From NCBI GenBank assembly GCA_963796055.1, contig CAWCKH010000004.1:1024001-1088000 (forward strand): a stretch of 64,000 bases of DNA. The letters run 5' to 3'. Shown here one piece after another: positions 30,284 through 39,948 of the stretch; within the stretch, counting starts at the first letter, position 1; the number at the start of each line of letters is the position of its first letter. Under the pieces are notes generated by a model. The model was not told where the DNA came from, did no database searches, and saw only the letters and a program-made list of their open reading frames with translations. This stretch comes from an uncultured delta proteobacterium. Its GTDB lineage: Bacteria; Myxococcota; Myxococcia; Myxococcales; Myxococcaceae. The position numbers and the translations under genes are program-made.

Positions 30284-30925
30284 CCGGGCCGCCTGGGCCG
30301 CCCGTCCTCCCACCTCACCAGGGGCGGATTGCCCGCCGGCAGACGCCATCTGGGAGGCGGTCGCCGGGGATCGGTCCGAGGACGAGGTGCGGACGATGCT
30401 CGCCCACAGCGTCGGCTGTCCGGACTGCTCGGCGCTCTGGCGTCTGGCCCGCGAGCTGCGCAGCGCCGGAGAGGCGGACACTGCGGCAACCCTACCCGCA
30501 GAGCCGGTTCCGCTCCGGCGCCCGTCGGCGGGGTGCTGGCTCGTGGTCGCGGGCACGCTCGCCGCAGCAGCAGTGGTGGTGTTCGCGATCCTGCTCGGCG
30601 ACGGGACACGCGGTCCGTCCCCGGTCGTCCGTGGGACCGAGGAGTCCCGGCTCCGGGCCGATCCGGCCAGCGCGACGCTCGCGCGGGCACATCCGGTCCT
30701 CCGCTGGAGTGCGCACCGGAGGGCAGCCGCTACACCGTGGTGGTCTCCAAGCGTGACCTCACCGTGCTCTACCGGAAGAGCGGTCTGGTGACCTCGGAGC
30801 TCGAGCTCCCGGCCGAGGCGCTCACCGACGTCCCCGCGGGCGGCGAGATCGTCTGGCGGGTGGAGGCGATCGCTCCCGGCGGTCGCCGGATCTCCTCGGA
30901 GGCGTTCCTCAGCCGCGTACAGTAG
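30270..30925 (+). pseudogene. Zinc-finger (ZAS) anti-sigma factor with TM helix and C-terminal periplasmic domain; frameshift at ~30711
   Basis: CPPADAIW...HSVGCPDC (HxxxCxxC); TM WLVVAGTLAAAAVVVFAIL; continues in another frame as APEGSRYTVVV...WRVEAI. Confidence 0.7.
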
Positions 30926-31042
30926 TGCCCCATCGGGCGGTGGCTTCCCTGCAGCCAATGGTCGGCCGGCTGCAAGCCCCGCACCCCTACCTTGCCCCCC
31001 CTGGGCGGGCGTGAGATCTCCCGGGGCACCGCGAGGTTCGTC

Positions 31043-31393
31043 ATGCGCAAGGACTCCCCGGTCGTCGCCTGCTCCATCGCCGCGCTGATCTTGGTCGTCA
31101 CCGGCGCCGCGCTCGTACCGTCCTCCGCCTGGCGCGCAGCGTCCGTCGTCGCCCGCCTCGCCCCCACGCTGGTCACCACCGCTTCCGCCCACGGGTCGAC
31201 CGCCGCGAGAGCGGCCGGGCTGGGTGTGCGCGCCGCGCCCGGACTGTTCCGCGAGGCTCCCCCGGCCGAGCGCCAGTCCGCGCCTCAGGTCCGGGTGTGC
31301 CGGCGTGACGCCCCGCGTTCGTGCAACCGGCCCGTGGAGTGCCCGCGGCAGATGATCCAGCGGCTGCACCTGATCTTCCCGATCGACGGCTGA
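31043..31393 (+). CDS. Small exported hypothetical protein with three C-terminal Cys
   Basis: GAGG RBS; hydrophobic N-terminus SIAALILVVTGAALV. Confidence 0.5.
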   Translation: MRKDSPVVACSIAALILVVTGAALVPSSAWRAASVVARLAPTLVTTASAHGSTAARAAGLGVRAAPGLFREAPPAERQSAPQVRVCRRDAPRSCNRPVECPRQMIQRLHLIFPIDG

Positions 31394-31516
31394 GCAGCAG
31401 CCGGTCTCGCCCGACCTCTTCGCCGACCGTGCGTGGGCGAGGGCCCGGACGCTGGCGCCTGTGCGGGGAGGACGCTAGGCAATGGCCGCTCCGTCTGCGC
31501 GTTGTCCCCGGTCACG

Positions 31517-32470
31517 ATGCCTGCACTTCTCCGCCGTCTTCTTCTCGCTCCCATCCCGCGGCTCGCCTGGACCGGCGTCCTCGCGTGGCTGCTGGCGCGG
31601 ATCCTCTTCTGGCTCGCGCCGTCCCTGGCGCGGGCGCCGAACATCCTGCTGACCGGGGCGATCCGGAACGCGGTGATGACCGTGATCGTCTTCTCGCTCG
31701 GCCTCTGGCTCTTCGAGCGGAAGACGCCGCGTGAGGCGGGGCTCGCACCGGCGCGCGCGGTGCCGGACACGGTGCGCGGGTTTCTCCTCGGTGCGGCGTT
31801 GCTCACCGCGGTCACCGGGGTGCTGGCGCTGGCAGGCTGCTACCACCTGGTCGGGTGGGCGCCGGTGCCGGAGGGCACGACGCGGGGCGCGCTCCTCGGC
31901 CGGGTGCTGCTGCTCTTCTTCGCGGTCGCCATCTTCGAGGAGGTGGCGGTCCGCGGCATCGTCTTCCGCCTGCTCGAGCAGGGCATCGGGACCTGGCTGG
32001 CCATCCTCCTGAGCGCGCTCATGTTCGGCTTCGGTCACCGGGGAAATCCGGGCGCGAGCTGGGCGAGCAGCGTGGCGATCGCCGTCGAGGCCGGGGCGCT
32101 GCTCGCCGCCGCCTACGTCGCCACCCGCTCGCTGTGGGTGCCCATCGGGCTGCACTGGGCCTGGAACCTCTTCGAGGGGCCGGTGTGGGGCGCGCGCGTG
32201 TCGGGCAACGACCTCGGCGTCCTCGCCCAGGCGACGTTCCCCGGTCCGACCCTGCTGACCGGTGGAGCGTTCGGGCCGGAGGCCGGGCTTCCGGCGATGG
32301 TGCTCGGGACAGCGCTGGCGGTGGGGTTCCTCGTCGTCGCCATCCGCCGTGAGCAGATCGTCACCCCGGGCTGGATGCGCTGGATCGCCCGCCGCCTGCA
32401 TCGCGACCAGGGTGCGACCTCCGGTCCGGCGCCGGAGCCGGCGGCCGTCGTGCCACCCTCGGCGGTGTGA
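31517..32470 (+). CDS. CPBP (CAAX/Abi) family intramembrane glutamic endopeptidase
   Basis: EEVAVRG, FGFGH, H.AWN and GGAFGPEA motifs. Confidence 0.92.
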   Translation: MPALLRRLLLAPIPRLAWTGVLAWLLARILFWLAPSLARAPNILLTGAIRNAVMTVIVFSLGLWLFERKTPREAGLAPARAVPDTVRGFLLGAALLTAVTGVLALAGCYHLVGWAPVPEGTTRGALLGRVLLLFFAVAIFEEVAVRGIVFRLLEQGIGTWLAILLSALMFGFGHRGNPGASWASSVAIAVEAGALLAAAYVATRSLWVPIGLHWAWNLFEGPVWGARVSGNDLGVLAQATFPGPTLLTGGAFGPEAGLPAMVLGTALAVGFLVVAIRREQIVTPGWMRWIARRLHRDQGATSGPAPEPAAVVPPSAV

Positions 32471-32498
32471 GCGCCAGTCTGACGGCTGGAGCGGCGTT

Positions 32499-33623
32499 TT
32501 AGCTGGCCTCGCCCACGAAGCGCGCCACCGCTTTCCAGACCGCCTCGAAGTGCTCGCGATCGAATCCGGTCCCGGACGCGACCCAGTCGAAGTGCGGGGG
32601 GACGTGGCGTGGCCGGTGGAAGTGCCCGAGCACGTCGTGGTGGTCCGCCCAGACCGCCGAGACGAGCTGACCGCGCACCTGGCTGAGGGTGGGAACGATG
32701 CCGTCGTTGGCCCGGTGGTCGGGGATGCTCCCGTACGCGCGACGGAGGAACTTCCGGTGCTCCGGCGAGAGCCGGCGAGGTGGGTCGTCGGGTCGTCCGC
32801 GGGCCAGCCGGTACAGGACCACGTAGAGGGCGTGTGTCGTCTGCGCGTACCCGCTCAGCCCGGCGCGAGTGAGCGACCGGATGCCCGGTGGACGCGACCG
32901 GGTCACCACCTCGCCATACTGCACGCCCGGCCGATCCGTGGTGGTGGCGTTGAAGAGCTCCATGGTGCGCGGGGCGAGCTGCGGCACCAGCCCCTGGTCG
33001 CTGTGGACGCTGGAGAAGAACTCCTCGATGGCCCGGCGGCGCTTGCCGGCGAAGTCGGAGAGCAGCTGGAGGAACAGCTGGTCCACCACTCCGGTCGGGG
33101 CGGCGTCCTTCCGGCGGAGCAGCCGCGCCAGCCGCAGCGCCACGCCCACGGGAAGCCGGCCAGTGCGGAGCGAGTACACCGTGGCCAGCGAGAGCAGCTT
33201 CAACAGCTGGCTCCCGAACAGCGAGGTGAAGTGCTGGGCGAGCGGCGTTCCGTGATGTGGCGCGGAGACCCCCACCACGGCACAGACCGCCGCCGAGCAC
33301 CGTCCGACGTCCACGGTGGTGGGGAGGACGGATCCAGGGCTGAGCATCAGCCGGGCGTCGAGCGCCCCGGTGGAGTGGCCGACGATGCTCACCACGCCGC
33401 CGCGTTGCTCGAGCAGACGGTGGATCGACTCGGCGAGGAGCGCGGCCCGGCGGGGGAGCGACGACGAGGGCTCGGTGAGCACCACGCGGATCTCCCCGTC
33501 GATCCCGGCCGGGGGGCCAACCTCGGCGAGAAGCTCGCGCACGTGCCCGAAGTAGGCGAAGTCGCCCAGGTTGGCGAAGCCGAAGAAGCCCGGGACGAGA
33601 ACGACGTGGTGAGGTCCGGCCAA
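32499..33623 (-). CDS. Alpha/beta-fold lipase-like hydrolase
   Basis: LVPGFFGF oxyanion motif, GHSTG nucleophile, PHHGTPLA, NDGIVPTLSQ and ADHHDV.GHF. Confidence 0.88.
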   Translation of the reverse strand: MAGPHHVVLVPGFFGFANLGDFAYFGHVRELLAEVGPPAGIDGEIRVVLTEPSSSLPRRAALLAESIHRLLEQRGGVVSIVGHSTGALDARLMLSPGSVLPTTVDVGRCSAAVCAVVGVSAPHHGTPLAQHFTSLFGSQLLKLLSLATVYSLRTGRLPVGVALRLARLLRRKDAAPTGVVDQLFLQLLSDFAGKRRRAIEEFFSSVHSDQGLVPQLAPRTMELFNATTTDRPGVQYGEVVTRSRPPGIRSLTRAGLSGYAQTTHALYVVLYRLARGRPDDPPRRLSPEHRKFLRRAYGSIPDHRANDGIVPTLSQVRGQLVSAVWADHHDVLGHFHRPRHVPPHFDWVASGTGFDREHFEAVWKAVARFVGEAS

Positions 33624-33671
33624 CCTGGGACGGACCTTAGCGAGCCCCGCGGGTGGGATTCACGCCTCGAG

Positions 33672-33896
33672 TCAGTCCAGCGTGGCGCCGGGGGCCAGCA
33701 CCGTGTGGGCCAGCCCGGCCGCCCGGGCCGCCTTCACGAAGCTGCCAATCGGATCCGGGACTTCCGCGTAGCCCGTCCCGGCGTTGCCGTAGTGGATGGG
33801 AACGACCCGGCGGGCGCCGAGGGCCTGGGCAACCTCCACCGCTTGCTCGGGGGTGAGCGACATCGGCGCGGGCACCCGGGTGAAGGTGTCTGGCAC
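33672..33896 (-). pseudogene. C-terminal remnant of an MBL-fold metallo-hydrolase
   Basis: SLTPEQAVEVAQALGARRVVPIHYG is a typical MBL C-terminal motif; no HxHxDH upstream, and only ~60 bp to the next gene's stop. Confidence 0.65.
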
Positions 33897-33897
33897 C
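33885..33897. repeat. REP-like palindrome core GGTGTCTGGCACC
   Basis: Identical to the core of the 7391-7668 family. Confidence 0.7.
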
Positions 33898-33953
33898 CCG
33901 TCGGTGGCACCCCATCGGTGCCGGTGCCGGGGCCTCTGCGCGGACGCGGGATT

Positions 33954-34802
33954 TCAGCGGCCCGTCGTCGACCCCGATCCTGTCGAGCCCGTCCCGGTCG
34001 TTCCGGTTCCGGTGCTCCCCGTCGTCCCGGTCCCCGTCCCTGTCGTGTCGGTACCGGTGCCGGTTCCAGTCGAACCGGTGCCGGGGACGCGGTACGTCCC
34101 GGTCGGGTCGGTCGAGCCCGGCATCGGCACGCGGTACGTGCCAGTCGTGCCAGCTCCGCCGGTCCCCGTCGTTCCCGAAGTGCCGGTCCCCGTCGTTCCC
34201 GAAGTGCCAGTCCCCGTCGTTCCCGAGGTGCCGGTCCCTGTCGTTCCCGAGGTGCCGGTACCGGTTCCCCCGGCTCCGGCACTGTCCGTGCTCCCGGTGC
34301 CGGCTGTCCCCGACGTCGACGAGGTCCCGCTGCTGCTCCCGGTCGTGCTGGACTGGCCGATGCCCGTTCCGGTGCTCGGCGCTCCCAGGCCCGTGTTCGG
34401 GTTCACGGCGGCCGAGCCGCCCGTGTTCGGGGCCGGCGAGGGCGAGTTGAGCGTCCCATCGCTCCCGGTCGTCGTTCCCGCGCCACCGGTGCCCGAGTAC
34501 GCGCCGGTGCTGTCACGCGCCGTTCCCGTACCCGGTCCCAGTGCCCCGGTCGACCTCGTCCCGGCCGCGCTCCCGGAGCCGGTATCGGGCGAGGTCGTGC
34601 CCGCGGTTCCGGTGCCCATCGGAGCCCCGGCGTTTCCGCCCACCGGTCCTGAGCTCCCGAGCCCCCCTGCTCCGGCGCCCGCCGCTCCGGCCCCCGTGCT
34701 CCCCCCACCACCGGACGACTGGGCCACCGCCGTCACCGGCCAGAGCGTCGCCACGCCCGCGAGAAGGCCCGTTCCCACCCACCACCGTGCCGTTCGTTTC
34801 AT
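33954..34802 (-). CDS. Secreted low-complexity Gly/Thr/Ser-rich protein
   Basis: Signal peptide MKRTARWWVGTGLLAGVATLWPVTAVA-Q; (GTGTSGTT)x4 and TGTYRVP x2. Confidence 0.7.
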   Translation of the reverse strand: MKRTARWWVGTGLLAGVATLWPVTAVAQSSGGGGSTGAGAAGAGAGGLGSSGPVGGNAGAPMGTGTAGTTSPDTGSGSAAGTRSTGALGPGTGTARDSTGAYSGTGGAGTTTGSDGTLNSPSPAPNTGGSAAVNPNTGLGAPSTGTGIGQSSTTGSSSGTSSTSGTAGTGSTDSAGAGGTGTGTSGTTGTGTSGTTGTGTSGTTGTGTSGTTGTGGAGTTGTYRVPMPGSTDPTGTYRVPGTGSTGTGTGTDTTGTGTGTTGSTGTGTTGTGSTGSGSTTGR

Positions 34803-34920
34803 GACCCTCGCCTGCTCCCCCCGTCCATCGATTCAGACCGAAAGGTAGGGCCGCACCCGGGGGGCGGGGACCCCGCCGGCGTTCCGCGCACGCTCGCTCG
34901 CCCGTGCTAAGCCCCACGGG

Positions 34921-36438
34921 GTGGCCGCAGGAAACAGACCCATCCGAAAAATCCTGATCGCCAACCGAGGGGAGATCGCCGTCCGGGTCATCCGCTCCTG
35001 CCGGGAGCTCGGCATCCCCACCGTCGCGGTCTATTCGGACGCGGACCGCGTCGCGCTCCATGTCCGGATGGCGGACGAGGCGTTCCGCGTGGGCCCGCCG
35101 CCCTCGCGCGAGTCCTACCTCTCGTTCGAGCGCATCCTCGACGCGGCGAAGGCCTCCGGCGCCGATGCCGTCCACCCCGGGTACGGCTTCCTCAGCGAGA
35201 ACGCCGGGTTCGTCCGGGCCTGCGAGGCGGTAGGCATCGTCTTCATCGGCCCGCCCGCATCGGCGATGGACGCGATGGGCGAGAAGACCCGGGCGCGGGC
35301 CAACATGGAGAAGGCCGGCGTGCCGGTGGTTCCGGGCAGCACCGCGCCCTTTCCCTCGCTGACCGAGGCCCGCGCCTACGCCGAGAAGATCGGCTTCCCG
35401 GTGATGCTCAAGGCCGCCGGGGGAGGAGGCGGCAAGGGCATGCGGCGGGTCGAGCGCGCGGCCGACTTCAACCCCGCGTGGCGTGCCGCACAGAGCGAGG
35501 CGCTCAACGCCTTCGGGAACGACGCGGTCTACCTCGAGAAGTACCTCGAGGAGCCGCACCACGTGGAGATCCAGGTCTTCGCCGACCAGGCGGGGAACAC
35601 GGTTCACCTGAACGAGCGCGAGTGCTCGGCGCAGCGGCGGCACCAGAAGGTGATCGAGGAGACGCCCTCACCCATCCTCGGCCCCGAGATGCGCGCGGCG
35701 ATGGGCGAGGTGGCGGTCCGCGCGGCCAGGGCGGTGGGCTACGTCGGCGCGGGCACGGTGGAGTTCCTCGTCGACCGGCACCGCAACTTCTACTTCCTGG
35801 AGATGAACACCCGGCTGCAGGTGGAGCACCCGGTCACCGAGTGGGTCACCGGCCTGGACCTGGTCGCCTGGCAGATCCGCGTCGCCCGCGGCGAGCCGCT
35901 GGGCTTCCGGACCGAGCCGCCGCGGGGGCACAGCATCGAGGTGCGCGTCTACGCCGAGGACCCGGCTCAGAACTTCATGCCCAGCCCCGGACGTATCACC
36001 TATCTGCGCATCCCTTCCGGGCCGAACGTCCGGGACGACTCGGGCGTGTACCCGGGCTACACGGTGCCCACCGTCTACGACCCGATGATCTCAAAGCTCT
36101 CGGTCTGGGCGCCGTCCCGGCCCGAGGCCATCGCGCGGATGCGACGCGCTCTCTCCGAGTACGTGGTGAAGGGCATCACCACCAACATCCGTTACCTGCG
36201 GGCGATTCTCGCCCACCCCGACTTCGTGAGTGGCAACTACGACACCGGGTTCCTGCCCCGGGCCCACTCCGCGCTGCTCGGACGGCACGACCATGCGCTG
36301 GAGGAGGTGGCGCTGCTCGCGGGGGTGGTCGATGCCTACCAGCGCGACGCGCGGCGGCAGCGGAGTCTCGCCCCGGCCGCCGGGCGGAGCGCGGGACCCT
36401 CGCCCTGGCGGTCGCGCGCCCGGGGGAGCCGCCGATGA
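34921..36438 (+). CDS. accC: Biotin carboxylase subunit of acyl-CoA carboxylase
   Basis: KILIANRGEIA, HPGYGFLSEN, GGGGKGMR, ERECSAQRRHQK, EMNTRLQVEH and YDPMISKL motifs. Confidence 0.93.
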   Translation: MAAGNRPIRKILIANRGEIAVRVIRSCRELGIPTVAVYSDADRVALHVRMADEAFRVGPPPSRESYLSFERILDAAKASGADAVHPGYGFLSENAGFVRACEAVGIVFIGPPASAMDAMGEKTRARANMEKAGVPVVPGSTAPFPSLTEARAYAEKIGFPVMLKAAGGGGGKGMRRVERAADFNPAWRAAQSEALNAFGNDAVYLEKYLEEPHHVEIQVFADQAGNTVHLNERECSAQRRHQKVIEETPSPILGPEMRAAMGEVAVRAARAVGYVGAGTVEFLVDRHRNFYFLEMNTRLQVEHPVTEWVTGLDLVAWQIRVARGEPLGFRTEPPRGHSIEVRVYAEDPAQNFMPSPGRITYLRIPSGPNVRDDSGVYPGYTVPTVYDPMISKLSVWAPSRPEAIARMRRALSEYVVKGITTNIRYLRAILAHPDFVSGNYDTGFLPRAHSALLGRHDHALEEVALLAGVVDAYQRDARRQRSLAPAAGRSAGPSPWRSRARGSRR

Positions 36439-36956
36439 GTGTGTCCAAGCGCTACCTCACCCGGGTGCGCGGCGCGCGAGAGTCGGTTCCGGTGGACATC
36501 GAGGACCTCGGCGACGGCACGTACGTCCTCAAGGTGCGCGGGACCAGCCACACCGTGGACGCCCGGGTGCTCGAGCACGGCGCGGTCTCGCTCCTGGTGG
36601 ACGGACGATCGTACGACGCCGAGCTCGACGAGTCGGGGGACGAGGTCCTGGTCCTGGTCGGCTTCGAGCTGCTCACCGTGGACGTGGCCGACGAGCGGAC
36701 GGTTCGCTTGCGCGCCGGCGCCGCCGGGTTCAGCGTGAGCGGGAAGGTTCTCATCACCGCGCCCATGCCGGGCAAGGTGGTGCGGGTGCTGGTGGCTCCC
36801 GGGGTCGAGGTCACCGAGGGCGAGGGGGTGGTGGTGGTCGAGGCGATGAAGATGGAGAACGAGCTGAAGAGCCCCAAGGCGGGCACCGTGGTCGAAGTCT
36901 TCGCGAAGGAGGGCAGCACGGTGGAAGCCAACGCCAAGCTGCTCACCGTGGAGTAG
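36435..36956 (+). CDS. Biotin carboxyl carrier protein
   Basis: APMPGKV...EAMKMENE biotinylation motif; ATGA overlap. Confidence 0.92.
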   Translation: MSVSKRYLTRVRGARESVPVDIEDLGDGTYVLKVRGTSHTVDARVLEHGAVSLLVDGRSYDAELDESGDEVLVLVGFELLTVDVADERTVRLRAGAAGFSVSGKVLITAPMPGKVVRVLVAPGVEVTEGEGVVVVEAMKMENELKSPKAGTVVEVFAKEGSTVEANAKLLTVE

Positions 36957-36959
36957 GTC

Positions 36960-38612
<1,653 letters not shown>

Positions 38613-38624
38613 CCGACCCACTCT

Positions 38625-38909
38625 TCACCGCAGCTGCCTCCCCAGAAAACAGTACAGGTTCAGCGCCACGAGGTTGAACGGGTCGAGCTCCAGCACCTCG
38701 AGGACTTCCTCGAACGCCTGGCGCGTCTTCCGGAGACGACAGAGGAGCTCCGCCAGCTGCAGGTGGAGCGTGGGCGAGCTCTGCCCGAGGGCCTCGGCGT
38801 CCTTCAGAGCATCCCGGAGGAACAGCTCCGCCTTCTCCGGGTCCTCGGAGCACAGGTTCTGCGCGGTCTGCACCTTCAGCAGGATCTCGTCCCTGGTCTG
38901 AGTCAGCAT
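38625..38909 (-). CDS. Small TPR-like protein
   Basis: LAELLCRL...AFEEVLEVLELDPFN TPR-like end. Confidence 0.6.
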   Translation of the reverse strand: MLTQTRDEILLKVQTAQNLCSEDPEKAELFLRDALKDAEALGQSSPTLHLQLAELLCRLRKTRQAFEEVLEVLELDPFNLVALNLYCFLGRQLR

Positions 38910-38928
38910 CGTTCGCTCACCTAACCGC

Positions 38929-39537
38929 TCACGCCTCCGCCTTTCCGGTCACGCCGAACAGCGGCGCCTGCACCCCGGCCACCGCGGCCTCGGTCTCCGC
39001 CTGGGTGGCACGGGCCAGGTCTCCCTGCGCTCGGGCCACCCGGGCCAGGGCCTCGAAGCCCTCGCGGGCCGCCGGGAACAGCGTGGTCACGGCCTCGGCC
39101 AGCGCCCGCGCCCGCTCGAGCTGTCCGGTGGCGACCGCGAACCGCACCATGGTGAGGTGCGCCTCGAGGTCCGCCTCCCCTGCCTCGACCAGCACGGCGT
39201 AGAGGCGCGGGATGTCGGCATCGTCCGCGGCCCGGGCGGGATCGGCGAGCGCGGCACGCAGCCGTGCCGCCACGTCCTGGAACGCATGGCGCACCGGGAG
39301 CGCGAGCGGGTCGGCCCTCACTGCCTTCTTGAGCTCGTCGAATGCCATCTCCAGCTTTCCAGACCGGTCCAGCACGCCGGCCAGCATGTAGTGCACGTAG
39401 GCGGAGACGAAGCCGAGCCGCTGGGCCTCGGCGACCACCTCGCGAAACAGCGCCTCCGCCGCCTCCGCGCCTCCTCTGTCGTCCAGCGCCCTCCGGACCT
39501 TCCCGAGCAACGCCTCCAGCTGCGTTCCACTCACCAT
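38929..39537 (-). CDS. TPR-like helical protein
   Basis: Helical repeats (AFDELKKAVRADPL); GGGAG upstream of ATG 39537. Confidence 0.65.
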   Translation of the reverse strand: MVSGTQLEALLGKVRRALDDRGGAEAAEALFREVVAEAQRLGFVSAYVHYMLAGVLDRSGKLEMAFDELKKAVRADPLALPVRHAFQDVAARLRAALADPARAADDADIPRLYAVLVEAGEADLEAHLTMVRFAVATGQLERARALAEAVTTLFPAAREGFEALARVARAQGDLARATQAETEAAVAGVQAPLFGVTGKAEA

Positions 39538-39948
39538 GTCCCAGCTCCCAGCTCGCTCCCGGGGAACCAGGGCGCGCGCACACGTGCCGCGCACGCGTGC
39601 CGAGGGAGGGCCCGCGCGGCGGATCTCCGGTTGAACGGTCGCGGCGACGGCGCGGTCCCCACGCGTACGCATCGAGCGCACGGGCCGGGTCCAGTTCGCC
39701 ACGTGACGTCACCCCGCCATGAGGGACGGGAGACGTCGCCTCACTTCGTCTTGTTCAGAGCCTCGTCGGCGTGCAGCTCGGGAGGCGCAATCATCGTGGC
39801 CTCCTTTCGAGCACAGGCAGCTCCGGGGCCGGGGAGCTTGCAGCGCGGCGTGATGCCAGAGCGCCTGCCCGTCTGTCAAACGGCTGCGGAAGTGCTCGGA
39901 ACGGCTCGCACTGTGCGAAGGTCGCCGGCTCCTCCGACGGGAGAACAG

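Noticed and set aside
30086..30925. Intact 279-aa protein
   Set aside because: The middle third is the off-frame reading of an anti-sigma factor; the ORF is a chimera of two broken genes.
34848..34872. Short GGGCCGCACCC(C)GGGGG motif also seen near 56175
   Set aside because: Only two copies, almost all G/C, so chance similarity cannot be excluded.
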